NCBI GenBank assembly: GCA_015709315.1
Contig: JACCQI010000001.1
Span: 98,435 to 162,434, forward strand
Length of the DNA stretch: 64,000 nucleotides
Source of the DNA: Desulfovibrionaceae bacterium
GTDB taxonomy: Bacteria > Desulfobacterota > Desulfovibrionia > Desulfovibrionales > Desulfovibrionaceae
Direction of reading: 5' to 3'
The notes beneath the pieces were generated by a model, which made no database searches, had not been told where the DNA came from, and saw only the letters and a list, made by a program, of their open reading frames with translations. Every line of letters starts with the position of its first letter. Position 1 is the stretch's first letter. This document shows, in pieces, positions 20,704-29,541 of the stretch. A program made the position numbers and the translations under genes.

Positions 20704-21522
20704 ATGAGCAAATCCAAGCGAGCCCTCATCCAGATCACCCTGTCCCTGCTCCTGGCCGTAGTGGCCGGAATCCTGATTTTCCGCTGGACCAGCGGCGTCA
20801 GGCAGAACGCCGCCACCGTGGCCGGAACCGCCAAAACCGTTCCGGTGATCGTGGCCAAGGCGGACATGAAGCGTGGCGTCAAGCTGACCCCCGAAATGGT
20901 CGAGGTCCGCGAGTTCACCGCCGATTCCCGCCCCTCGGGCGCCTTTTCCGAGATCAAGCAGCTCGAAGGCCGGGTGCTCAATCAGCCCGTGGGGGTGAAC
21001 GAGGCCGTCACGGCCCTGAAGCTGGCCGACGACTCGGTCATGGGCGGCGGCGTTTCCGCCCTGATCACCCAGGGCAAGCGGGCCATGGCCGTCAAGGGCA
21101 ACGCCGTCATGGGCCTGGCCGGTTTCGTCCGTCCGGGCGACCGCGTGGACGTCATCGTTTCCCTGACCGTGGGCAACAACGACGACCCCAAGGCCAAGCT
21201 GGTCCTGGAGCGGGTCAAGGTCCTGGCCACCGGCACCGAGCTGACTCCGCCCGACGAGGACGGCTCCACCGCCTCGGTGGACGTCTACACCCTGGAGCTG
21301 ACCCCGGAGGAAAGCGAGCGTCTGGCCCTGATCTCCACCCAGGGGACCCTCAACTTCGCGCTGCGCAACGAGCAGGACGACCGGCAGATCCTGACCAACG
21401 GCACCGACGTGCCCAAGACGCTGGCCGCCCTGCGTCCCAAGAAGCGGGTCGTCCGCAGCAGGAAGCCCAAGACCCAAGTCGAAGTCATCACCGGCGGTTC
21501 CGTCTCGTCGGTCAAATTCTAG
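20704..21522 (+). CDS. cpaB: Flp pilus assembly protein CpaB/RcpC
   Basis: N-terminal membrane anchor, a SAF-like region (PVIVAKADMKRGVKLTPEMVEV) and an RcpC-like C-terminal region. It sits in the conserved position upstream of the secretin. Confidence 0.85.
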   Translation: MSKSKRALIQITLSLLLAVVAGILIFRWTSGVRQNAATVAGTAKTVPVIVAKADMKRGVKLTPEMVEVREFTADSRPSGAFSEIKQLEGRVLNQPVGVNEAVTALKLADDSVMGGGVSALITQGKRAMAVKGNAVMGLAGFVRPGDRVDVIVSLTVGNNDDPKAKLVLERVKVLATGTELTPPDEDGSTASVDVYTLELTPEESERLALISTQGTLNFALRNEQDDRQILTNGTDVPKTLAALRPKKRVVRSRKPKTQVEVITGGSVSSVKF

Positions 21523-21533
21523 GAGGGAGAGTC

Positions 21534-22955
21534 ATGCAGCGCATCCGTTCCCTCGCCATCGTATCGGTCCTGTCCGTCCTGACGGCCCTTGCGGCTCTAA
21601 ACGCGGCCCATGCCGCCGTATCGCAGACCGCCGCCCCGGAGGAAATCCGCCTGGTGGTCGGCAAGTCCACGGTCATCAATACCGAGTACAAGGTGAACCG
21701 CGTATCCCTGGGGTCCGACACCGTGGTCTCCATCGTCATCCTTTCGCCCAACCAGATCTATCTGACCGGCAACGAGCTGGGGTCCACCACCCTGACCCTG
21801 TGGACCGGCAACGAGGTTTCCGATGTCTTCGACATCGTGGTTACGCCCGACGTGACCCACCTCAAGCGGCTGATCCACGAGGTCATGCCCGAGGAGAACA
21901 ACCTCAAGATATTGTCCACCGGGGATTCCGTGACCCTGTCCGGGTACGTGTCCAACACCACCAACCTTGCCTCCGTGCTGGCCCTGGCCGAGGCCGCGGC
22001 CCCGGACAAGGTGGTTAACCTCCTGTCCGTGGACGGCATCCAGCAGGTCATGCTGGAGGTCCGCGTGGCCGAGATGTCCCGTTCGGTGACCAAGCGGCTG
22101 GGCATCAACCTGGTGGCCACGTTCTCCAACTTCTCCGTCTACTCCATCATCAACAACCTGACGAGCTACAACGCCAAGGACAACGTCTACGAGATGACCG
22201 AGAAGATCAACCTGACCGGGCAGTACCGCTCCGGCTCGACGAGTTTCCTGGGCATGATCGACGCGCTCAAGGCCAACGGCCTGGTGCGGATGCTGGCCGA
22301 GCCGAACCTGACCTGCGTGTCCGGCGAATCCGCCGAGTTCCTGGTGGGCGGCGAGGTGCCCATTCCCATGCCCGGCGCGCTGGGCAACGTGACCATCGAC
22401 TACAAGCCCTACGGCATCGGGTTGCGGTTCACGGCCACGGTCATGAGTTCCGGCCGCATCAACCTGCAGGTCAACCCCGAGGTCTCGGAGCTGGACTACT
22501 CGCGCACCGTTGCCGTGCGGGGCTACGAGGTGCCGACCATCTCCACCCGGCGGGCCAACACCGTGGTCGAACTGGGCGACGGCCAGACCTTCATCATCGC
22601 CGGGCTGATCAGCGACTCCATGAAGGACAACATCCATCGGTTCCCCGGCATCGGCGACATTCCGATTTTGGGCACCTTGTTCAGTTCCAAGGAATACGAG
22701 TCCAACAAGACCGAACTGATGGTCATGGTCACCGCGCACCTGGCCAAGCCCGCGGACAAGAACGGCATCACCCTGCCCACGGACGGCTACGTGCCGCCCA
22801 CGGACAGCGAATTCTACCTGTTCGGCCTGCTGGAAGGGCAGGGCGACACCACCGACGACCGCCCGGCACCCGCCCGGGGTGCGGCCCAGCCCGGCGCGGT
22901 CGTCCGCCCGGAATCCGGCTTCGACGGCGAATTCGGCCATTCCTGGCCCAAGTAA
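21534..22955 (+). CDS. cpaC: Outer-membrane secretin CpaC/RcpA
   Basis: Signal peptide, a BON/T2SS-N-like region and the secretin core (LAEPNLTCVSGESAEFLVGGEVPIP…IPILGTLFSS). Confidence 0.9.
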   Translation: MQRIRSLAIVSVLSVLTALAALNAAHAAVSQTAAPEEIRLVVGKSTVINTEYKVNRVSLGSDTVVSIVILSPNQIYLTGNELGSTTLTLWTGNEVSDVFDIVVTPDVTHLKRLIHEVMPEENNLKILSTGDSVTLSGYVSNTTNLASVLALAEAAAPDKVVNLLSVDGIQQVMLEVRVAEMSRSVTKRLGINLVATFSNFSVYSIINNLTSYNAKDNVYEMTEKINLTGQYRSGSTSFLGMIDALKANGLVRMLAEPNLTCVSGESAEFLVGGEVPIPMPGALGNVTIDYKPYGIGLRFTATVMSSGRINLQVNPEVSELDYSRTVAVRGYEVPTISTRRANTVVELGDGQTFIIAGLISDSMKDNIHRFPGIGDIPILGTLFSSKEYESNKTELMVMVTAHLAKPADKNGITLPTDGYVPPTDSEFYLFGLLEGQGDTTDDRPAPARGAAQPGAVVRPESGFDGEFGHSWPK

Positions 22956-22973
22956 CGACGAGGAGGAAACGTC

Positions 22974-23261
22974 ATGCAGAACATTCTCATCTATCTGGCA
23001 ATGGTGTTCATCATGCTCCAGGCCGGAGGCTGCAACACCATCCTGCATCATGCCGAGAATTCCAACACGCCCGCTTTCGGCTCTTCGGTCCGGCTGGCCG
23101 TGTCCGAGCAGACCGCCAATCCCGAGGCGGGCGGGGACGCCCCGGTCGTGGGCATCGACGGCAAGTACGCCGCTGCCGCCGCCGCCAAGTACCAGAAGGG
23201 GCCGCGCGAGGCGAGTGAAGCCAAGTCCTCCTCCATCTTCGGCATCGTGGACAACAAGTGA
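22974..23261 (+). CDS. Small lipoprotein of the tad locus (possible secretin-associated/pilotin-like)
   Basis: Signal peptide with lipobox LQAGGC. 95 aa. It lies immediately downstream of the secretin gene. Confidence 0.6.
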   Translation: MQNILIYLAMVFIMLQAGGCNTILHHAENSNTPAFGSSVRLAVSEQTANPEAGGDAPVVGIDGKYAAAAAAKYQKGPREASEAKSSSIFGIVDNK

Positions 23262-23413
23262 TGCCCAGCTTCGGTCGGTTCGAATATTGGCGCGAGCTGG
23301 TGCTTGTGCTCCTGATGCTGACCGTCCTGGTGCTCGACCTGGCGCTGTTCGACAGCCTTTGGCCGTACGGGGAAGACGGTACGGGAACCGCCAGGATCAT
23401 GAAGGTCGAATAG
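23261..23413 (+). CDS. Unlisted 50-aa single-pass membrane protein
   Basis: The ATG overlaps the preceding TGA (TGATG). Translation: MPSFGRFEYWRELVLVLLMLTVLVLDLALFDSLWPYGEDGTGTARIMKVE. It has one hydrophobic helix and is below the ORF track's size cutoff. Confidence 0.5.
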   Translation: MPSFGRFEYWRELVLVLLMLTVLVLDLALFDSLWPYGEDGTGTARIMKVE

Positions 23414-23446
23414 GCTGAAAAGGGAACAAGGGGAAAAGGGGGAACC

Positions 23447-24640
23447 ATGAACAACCGCATTATTCCGATCACGCTGGCCGTCAGCGACAAGGAACAGAAG
23501 AAGCGCTTCGAGCGGATGATCTCGTCCAGCACCATGGTCCGGCCGGCGGACGACGAGTCCGACGAGATGGGCGTGCTCGTCTACGAGCCGGGCGCCAACG
23601 TGGAAGAGGATCTTCCGTACATCATCCAGGCCCTGGAGTCGGGCCAGGCCGAAGACGTCTATCTCGTGGGCAACAACGCCGACCCGAACATCCTGATCCG
23701 GGCCATGCGGAGCGGCATCCGCGAATTCCTTCAGTATCCCGTCGAGGAGAACGACTTCCGCTCCGCCATCATGCGGACGGCCATGCGCAACAGCCTGGGC
23801 GTGGAAGAGGGCGACAAGGGCAAGCTGTTCACCGTGCTCGGGGCCAAGCCCGGCGTCGGCTCCTCCACCCTGGCGGTCAACCTGGCCTGCGCCCTGAACG
23901 CGCGCGAGCCGGGCCGGACCGCGCTGGTCGACCTGCGCCGCCCCTACGGCGAGGCCCACTATTTCCTGGACCTTTCCTTTGAATACACCTGGGCCGACCT
24001 GGTCGAGGACATCACCCGCCTGGACGCCACCTACCTGCGTTCCGTCATGTCCGAGCACTCCTCCGGCCTGCACGTCCTGCCCGGCCCGGCCGCGGCGGAA
24101 AAGCCCGACGCCCAGTCCCTGCACCTCATCCTGGAACACCTCCGGTACAGCTACGACTACGTGGTCGTGGATGCCGCCTGCTCGCCGGAAGAGGATTTGC
24201 CCAAGGAGATCGAGCACGCGGACGCCGTGCTCGTCGCCCTGCAACTGACCCTGCCGTGCCTGGCCCGGGCCGCCCGGCTGCTGGAGTCCGTCCGCAGCCA
24301 GGACCCGGAATCCGACCGGCGCATCAAGCTGGTGGCCTCCCGCGTCCGCAAGAATTCCAACATCGGCCTGAGCGAGGCGGCCGGGGTCCTGAACCGGGAG
24401 ATCCCCTGGACCATCCCCGAGGACGCGGATTCCGCCCTGTCCGCCATCAACCAGGGGACCCCCCTGGTCGTGGCCTACCCCAAGTCGGCGGCCGCCAGGT
24501 CCATCCTGGCCATCGCCGGGGAGCTGGATCCCAGGCCCGCCAAGGCGCGCAAGGGCCTTTCCCTGCCGTTCGCCTCGCTGTTCCGCCGGAAGACCAAGTC
24601 CTCCGACGGCGGCGACAACCTGGCCGGAGCCGCGTTATGA
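23447..24640 (+). CDS. tadZ: TadZ/CpaE: receiver-like N-domain plus ParA/MinD-type ATPase
   Basis: Deviant Walker A in [24 protein letters not shown], with a pseudo-receiver N-terminus. Confidence 0.85.
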   Translation: MNNRIIPITLAVSDKEQKKRFERMISSSTMVRPADDESDEMGVLVYEPGANVEEDLPYIIQALESGQAEDVYLVGNNADPNILIRAMRSGIREFLQYPVEENDFRSAIMRTAMRNSLGVEEGDKGKLFTVLGAKPGVGSSTLAVNLACALNAREPGRTALVDLRRPYGEAHYFLDLSFEYTWADLVEDITRLDATYLRSVMSEHSSGLHVLPGPAAAEKPDAQSLHLILEHLRYSYDYVVVDAACSPEEDLPKEIEHADAVLVALQLTLPCLARAARLLESVRSQDPESDRRIKLVASRVRKNSNIGLSEAAGVLNREIPWTIPEDADSALSAINQGTPLVVAYPKSAAARSILAIAGELDPRPAKARKGLSLPFASLFRRKTKSSDGGDNLAGAAL

Positions 24641-26043
24641 ACCTCGCGGAACGACTGAACAGGAACGCGGCCAGGCGCGGCTCCGCGTCCACGGGCAAGG
24701 GCAAGGTCAAGGCGGTCCCCGGCAAGAAGAAGACGCACGCCGAGTCCCAGGACCACTATTTCGACGTCAAGACCCGCATCCACGGCCGTCTCATCGACAT
24801 GATCGACCTGTCGCTCCTGGACAAGCTGTCCGAGACCGAGATGCGCGTCGAGATCGCCAAGGTGGCCGAGGGGCTGCTCTGGGAGGAATTCCAGAACGCG
24901 CCGCTGAACATGGCCGAGCGCAAGCGGATGCTGTCCGAGATCCAGGACGAGGTCATCGGCCTGGGGCCGCTTGAGCCGTTCATCAAGGACCCGACGGTCA
25001 ACGACATCCTGGTCAACGGCCACAACCAGGTCTACGTGGAGCGGGCGGGCAGGCTGGAACTGACTCCGGCCCGGTTCAAGGACGACGACCACCTGCGCAA
25101 GATCATCGACCGCATCGTGTCCAAGGTCGGCCGCCGCATCGACGAATCCCAGCCCCTGTGCGACGCCCGCCTGCTGGACGGCTCGCGCGTCAACGCGGTC
25201 ATCCCGCCGCTGGCCATCGACGGCCCTTCGCTCTCCATCCGCAAATTCTCCAAGGACCCGCTCGAGGTGGCCGACCTCATCGGCTTTGATTCGCTGACCC
25301 AGGGGATGGCCCAGCTCATGGAGGGCATCGTCCGCACGCAGCTCAACGTGCTCATCTCCGGCGGCACCGGCTCGGGCAAGACCACGCTGCTGAACTGCCT
25401 GTCCCGCAACGTGCCCGAGGAAGAGCGCATCGTGACCATCGAGGACGCGGCCGAGCTGCAGCTCAAGCAGGAGCACGTGGTCCGGCTTGAGACCCGCCCG
25501 GCCAACATCGAGGGCAAGGGCGAGATCACCATGCGCGACCTGGTCAAGAACTGCCTGCGCATGCGCCCGGACCGCATCATCGTCGGCGAGGTCCGTTCGG
25601 CCGAGGCCCTGGACATGCTCCAGGCCATGAACACCGGCCACGACGGCTCCCTGACCACCATCCACGCCAACAGCCCGCGCGACGCGCTGATGCGCCTGGA
25701 AACCATGATCTCCATGGCCGGGCTGAACCTGTCGCCCGTGTCCATGAAGCGCTACATCTCCTCGGCCATCGACGTCATCATCCAGGCCACCCGCCTGGTG
25801 GACGGCACCAGGAAGGTCATCTCCATCTCGGAAGTGACCGGCATGGAAGGGGAGATGATCACCATGCAGGAAATCTTCGCCTTCGAGCAGACCGGCGTGG
25901 ACGGCGACGGCAAGGTGCTGGGCTACCACACCGCGCGCGGCATCCGCCCGAAGTTCGCCGAAAAGCTCGAGCGCATGGGCTGCCCCTTCCCCACGGAGAT
26001 GTTCAATGTTTCGCCCCTGGCGAGAAAGGAGGCGCGGCCGTGA
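24637..26043 (+). CDS. tadA: Tad secretion ATPase CpaF/TadA
   Basis: The ATG at 24637 overlaps the tadZ stop (ATGA). Walker [10 protein letters not shown], Asp box [10 protein letters not shown], Walker [12 protein letters not shown] and His box [11 protein letters not shown]. Confidence 0.9.
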   Translation: MNLAERLNRNAARRGSASTGKGKVKAVPGKKKTHAESQDHYFDVKTRIHGRLIDMIDLSLLDKLSETEMRVEIAKVAEGLLWEEFQNAPLNMAERKRMLSEIQDEVIGLGPLEPFIKDPTVNDILVNGHNQVYVERAGRLELTPARFKDDDHLRKIIDRIVSKVGRRIDESQPLCDARLLDGSRVNAVIPPLAIDGPSLSIRKFSKDPLEVADLIGFDSLTQGMAQLMEGIVRTQLNVLISGGTGSGKTTLLNCLSRNVPEEERIVTIEDAAELQLKQEHVVRLETRPANIEGKGEITMRDLVKNCLRMRPDRIIVGEVRSAEALDMLQAMNTGHDGSLTTIHANSPRDALMRLETMISMAGLNLSPVSMKRYISSAIDVIIQATRLVDGTRKVISISEVTGMEGEMITMQEIFAFEQTGVDGDGKVLGYHTARGIRPKFAEKLERMGCPFPTEMFNVSPLARKEARP

Positions 26044-27011
26044 TCATGACCGTTCTCATATCCGCCGTCGGCGTGCAGGTCGTCTTTTTGCTGATCATGG
26101 GCATCGGCTCGCTCATGCAGTCCGGCTCGGACAAGGCCGACCGCCGCGTCCGGGACCGCCTCCGCGCCCTGGCCGAGGCCGAGGGCGAGGACGAGGCCAT
26201 CGACCTGGTCCTGCGCGAGACCGCCATGAGCGATGTCCCATGGTTCAACCGGCTGCTGGAGAAGGTGCGCTGGATGGGCAGGCTGGAAAAGCTCATCTAT
26301 CAGGCCGAGGCCAAGGGATCGGCGGGCGTCTACCTGCTTTCCTGCGCTCTGCTGGCCGTGGTCGGCGCGTACGCGGGCAGCTTTTCCGGCCGGTTGTGGG
26401 TCGTCGCCCTGACCGGCGGACTGTTGGGTTACCTGCCCATCGGGCGGCTGTCCGGCAAGAAGCGCAAGCGCATGAACAAGTTCCAGCAGCAGTTGCCCGA
26501 GGCCCTGGACCTCATGGCCCGCGCGCTCAAGGCCGGGCACACCTTCGGCGGCGGCATGCGCATGGTGGCCGACGAGTTCGAGTCCCCCATCGGCCCCGAG
26601 TTCGGCAAGACGCTCGACGAGATCAACTACGGCATGGACGTGGACCGGGCGCTGGCCAACCTCCAGGACCGGGTGGACTGCCCGGACCTCAAGTTCTTCG
26701 TGGTGTCCATCAACATCCAGCGCGAGACCGGCGGCAACCTGGCCGAGATCATCGCCAAGATTTCCACCCTGGTGCGGGAGCGGTTCGCCCTGTTCGGCAA
26801 GATCCGCGTGCTCTCGGCCGAGGGAAGGGTGTCCGCCTACATCCTGGTGGCCCTGCCCTTCATCATCGTGGGCATCCTGTTTCTGATCAACGCGGACTAC
26901 ATCAGCCTGTTGTGGAAGCGGGACCTGGGCGTCTCCATGCTCTATTGCGCGTCGGCGTTCATGGTCCTGGGCGTTCTCATCATCCGCAAGATCATCAAGA
27001 TCAAGGTCTAG
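26040..27011 (+). CDS. tadB: TadB, type II secretion system F-family inner-membrane protein
   Basis: The GTG at 26040 overlaps the tadA stop; an ATG at 26046 is an alternative start. T2SS-F domain ([22 protein letters not shown]). Confidence 0.85.
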   Translation: MIMTVLISAVGVQVVFLLIMGIGSLMQSGSDKADRRVRDRLRALAEAEGEDEAIDLVLRETAMSDVPWFNRLLEKVRWMGRLEKLIYQAEAKGSAGVYLLSCALLAVVGAYAGSFSGRLWVVALTGGLLGYLPIGRLSGKKRKRMNKFQQQLPEALDLMARALKAGHTFGGGMRMVADEFESPIGPEFGKTLDEINYGMDVDRALANLQDRVDCPDLKFFVVSINIQRETGGNLAEIIAKISTLVRERFALFGKIRVLSAEGRVSAYILVALPFIIVGILFLINADYISLLWKRDLGVSMLYCASAFMVLGVLIIRKIIKIKV

Positions 27012-27020
27012 GAGGCGGGC

Positions 27021-27974
27021 ATGAGTGAACAGTTGATTCCCCTGATCGCCGCCTTCGTCGGCTTCGTGTCCGTGTTGCTGGCCGGATACGGCCTGATGGG
27101 CTACCTGGGCGGCGCCGGCGAGTCCGCCCGCCTCAAGGAGCGGGTCTCCGGCACCACGGTCAAGCGGAGCGAGGCCCTGGCCGCGCCCCTGTCCTCGGCC
27201 GCGGGCACCCTGCTCGGATTATTCGGCCGCCTGGGCACCAGGATCGGCCCCACCGAGTCCGAGGAGATCGACAAGAACCGCCTTCGCCTGGTCCGGGCCG
27301 GATTGCGGAAGCCCGATTCCTACAAGGTCTTCCAAGGGGCCAAGGGCTGTCTGGCCCTGGCCCTGTCGGGCGGCTTCCTGCTCCTCCGCTTCGTCATCTT
27401 CACCGACATGACCATCGCCACTACGGCCTTCGTGTTCGTGGCCCTGGCCGCCCTGGGCGTGTACGGCCCCGAATACTGGCTGTCCAAGAAAATCAACAAG
27501 CGCAGGCTGGCCCTGGGCGACGAACTGCCCGACGCCCTCGACCTGCTGGTGGTCTGCGTGGAGGCGGGCATGGGGCTTGACCAGGCCATCGACCGGGTCT
27601 GCCATGAAATGGCGACATCCGGCCCCATCATCAGTTCCGAATTCAAGCTGCTCACCCTGGAGCTTCGGGCGGGCAAGGCGCGCACCGAAGCCCTGCGTTC
27701 CCTGGCCGAAAGGGCCGGGCTGGACGACCTGAACAGCCTGACTTCCCTGCTCATACAGGCCGACGCCTTCGGCATCAGCGTCGGCCGCACCTTGCGCGTC
27801 TACTCGGACGCCATGCGCCTGAAGCGCTCCCAGCGCGCCGAGGAAAAGGCCGCGCGGATGCCGGTGCTGCTGCTTCTCCCCCTTGTGGCGTTCATCCTGC
27901 CGTCCCTGTTCGTGGCCATTCTCGGCCCGGCGGTCATCATGTCCATCGACATGTTCGCGGCGATGAACAAGTAG
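27021..27974 (+). CDS. tadC: TadC, type II secretion system F-family inner-membrane protein
   Basis: LPDALDLLVVCVEAGMGLDQAI and a C-terminal pair of transmembrane helices. GGAGG ribosome-binding site. Confidence 0.85.
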   Translation: MSEQLIPLIAAFVGFVSVLLAGYGLMGYLGGAGESARLKERVSGTTVKRSEALAAPLSSAAGTLLGLFGRLGTRIGPTESEEIDKNRLRLVRAGLRKPDSYKVFQGAKGCLALALSGGFLLLRFVIFTDMTIATTAFVFVALAALGVYGPEYWLSKKINKRRLALGDELPDALDLLVVCVEAGMGLDQAIDRVCHEMATSGPIISSEFKLLTLELRAGKARTEALRSLAERAGLDDLNSLTSLLIQADAFGISVGRTLRVYSDAMRLKRSQRAEEKAARMPVLLLLPLVAFILPSLFVAILGPAVIMSIDMFAAMNK

Positions 27975-27997
27975 TTTTTTGCCAAGGAGAAAATATC

Positions 27998-29377
27998 ATG
28001 TACAAGAAATTCCTCATCGTCCTCATGGCCCTGGTCGGCGCGTGCATGCTGTCCGGCTGCATGGGCATGACCCACAGGGACCAGACCTTCAAGGAATTCG
28101 CCTACAACGACGAATCGCCGGTGGACTTCACCAGCGAGCAGCACGAGCAGGTCGGCGACGGCTACCTCCGACGGGGCAACCCCGAGATGGCGCTCATGCA
28201 TTACAACAAGGCCATCACCCTGGACGAAGGCAATCTCGACGCCCGCGTGAAGCGGGGCGATCTGCTGGTCGCCCAGGGATTGGACGAGCAGGCGCTCGCC
28301 GAATACAACGCCGTGCTCAAGGCCGAGCCTGGGCACGCCATCGCCAACGAGTCGGCGGGCGGCGTCTATTTCCGGGCCGGGCTGTACGAAGAGGCCGCCG
28401 CCCACCTGGAAAGGGCGGTGAAGCTCAATCCCATGCTCTGGAAGGCCCACAATTACCTGGGCATCCTGCATGACCGCGCCCACGATTACGACAAGGCGGC
28501 CGAGCACTTCACGCTCGCCCTGGAACTGCACCAGGGCAACGGCGTGGACGAGATCTACAACAACCTGGGCGTGGTCCGCATGGCCCGCAAGGAATACGCC
28601 CAGGCCGTGGAGTCCTTCCGCCTGGCATTGAAGAACGGCGGCATGGACGAGCGCACCTACAACAATCTCGGCCTGGCCCTGACCCGCATGGGCCGCCTGA
28701 ACGAGGCGCTGGAGTCCTTCAAGTACGCCGGAGGCGAGGCCAAGGCGCACAACAACGTCGGCTACGTGCTCCTGACGGACAACCAGCCGGCCAAGGCCGT
28801 CCCCTATTTCGAGAAGGCCATCGAACTGGCCCCCAGCTACTATGTCAAGGCGGCCGACAACCTGAAGCGCGCCCGCCTGGCCGCCCGCTTTCAGCGGGCC
28901 GAAACCAAATCGAGTGGTTCCACCCCGAACCCTCTGCTTCGTCCGTCTTTCCCCGACGCGAAGCAGAACCCCGGCGGGCCTACGGCATCTCCCGCGTCCG
29001 TAGGCTCGCCTCCCCCTCCTGCCGCCATCCAGAAGATAGCCTATGTGCGGCCGGGGTCCGGGGCAGATGATATACCGGCGACGGAAAAGAAGACCTACGG
29101 GCTGCACGTCAGCTCCTGGCGCGACCATGAATGGGCCTTCCGCCATTGCGACCAGCTGCGGAAGCAGGGATTCGACACCTGGATCAACCAGGTCGATCTC
29201 GGCGACAAGGGCATCTGGTACCGCGTCCTGGTGGGCAGCTTCGCCACGGTCGAGGAGGCCAAGGCCGAACGGCCCGACGTGCTGGCCGTCCTGAACATCG
29301 ACCGCGCGCCCGTCTACCGCAAGGTCGTTCCCAGAGCCGACGGCTCCCACATGAGGGGCATGGCTTCAGCCCGCTGA
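27998..29377 (+). CDS. TadD-like TPR lipoprotein fused to a C-terminal SPOR (peptidoglycan-binding) domain
   Basis: Lipobox MLSGC. There are about 6 TPR units (GDGYLRRGNPEMALMHYNKAITLD…), then a Pro/Ser-rich linker. The C-terminus YGLHVSSWRDHEWAFRHCDQLRKQGFDTWINQVDLGDKGIWYRVLVGSFATVEEAKAE matches the SPOR pattern (Y.vq..s…A……L…G……..YRV.vG.F….eA). Confidence 0.8.
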   Translation: MYKKFLIVLMALVGACMLSGCMGMTHRDQTFKEFAYNDESPVDFTSEQHEQVGDGYLRRGNPEMALMHYNKAITLDEGNLDARVKRGDLLVAQGLDEQALAEYNAVLKAEPGHAIANESAGGVYFRAGLYEEAAAHLERAVKLNPMLWKAHNYLGILHDRAHDYDKAAEHFTLALELHQGNGVDEIYNNLGVVRMARKEYAQAVESFRLALKNGGMDERTYNNLGLALTRMGRLNEALESFKYAGGEAKAHNNVGYVLLTDNQPAKAVPYFEKAIELAPSYYVKAADNLKRARLAARFQRAETKSSGSTPNPLLRPSFPDAKQNPGGPTASPASVGSPPPPAAIQKIAYVRPGSGADDIPATEKKTYGLHVSSWRDHEWAFRHCDQLRKQGFDTWINQVDLGDKGIWYRVLVGSFATVEEAKAERPDVLAVLNIDRAPVYRKVVPRADGSHMRGMASAR

Positions 29378-29400
29378 ACAGTTTGATGCAGCCCACCCGC

Positions 29401-29451
29401 GACGCCCCGGACAGGTAGGGATTTTCCAGCCGGTCCGGGCGTCCTTTTTTT
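29401..29451 (+). terminator. Rho-independent terminator ending the tad operon
   Basis: gacgccccggac…ggtccgggcgtc (one bulge) followed by CTTTTTTTG. Confidence 0.7.
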
Positions 29452-29541
29452 GATGGCGACCTTCCCTTTTTCTCCGAGTTTCCGTATGTTTCCTCGTATC
29501 AGCAGACCAAAGAAAGGGGTGTCCCGCCCCTGGGAGAACCT

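Noticed and set aside
19993-23051. 494-aa and 484-aa minus-strand ORFs (19993..21477 and 21597..23051)
   Set aside because: They are antisense to tadV/cpaB and to the secretin gene, and their translations are Gly/His/Asp/Val-rich with no motifs. The same reasoning applies to other long antisense ORFs in the track (2135..4144, 5284..6408, 10971..12368, 12399..13580, 24475..25929, 27800..29350, 44094..45146, 46189..47691, 48140..49501, 51931..53802, 55264..56382 and 56942..58690).
23273-23290. GGTTCGAAT string resembling a tRNA T-loop
   Set aside because: The flanking bases cannot form a 5-bp T-stem (GTCGG versus ATTGG), and no acceptor or anticodon arms are present. It lies inside the 50-aa ORF.
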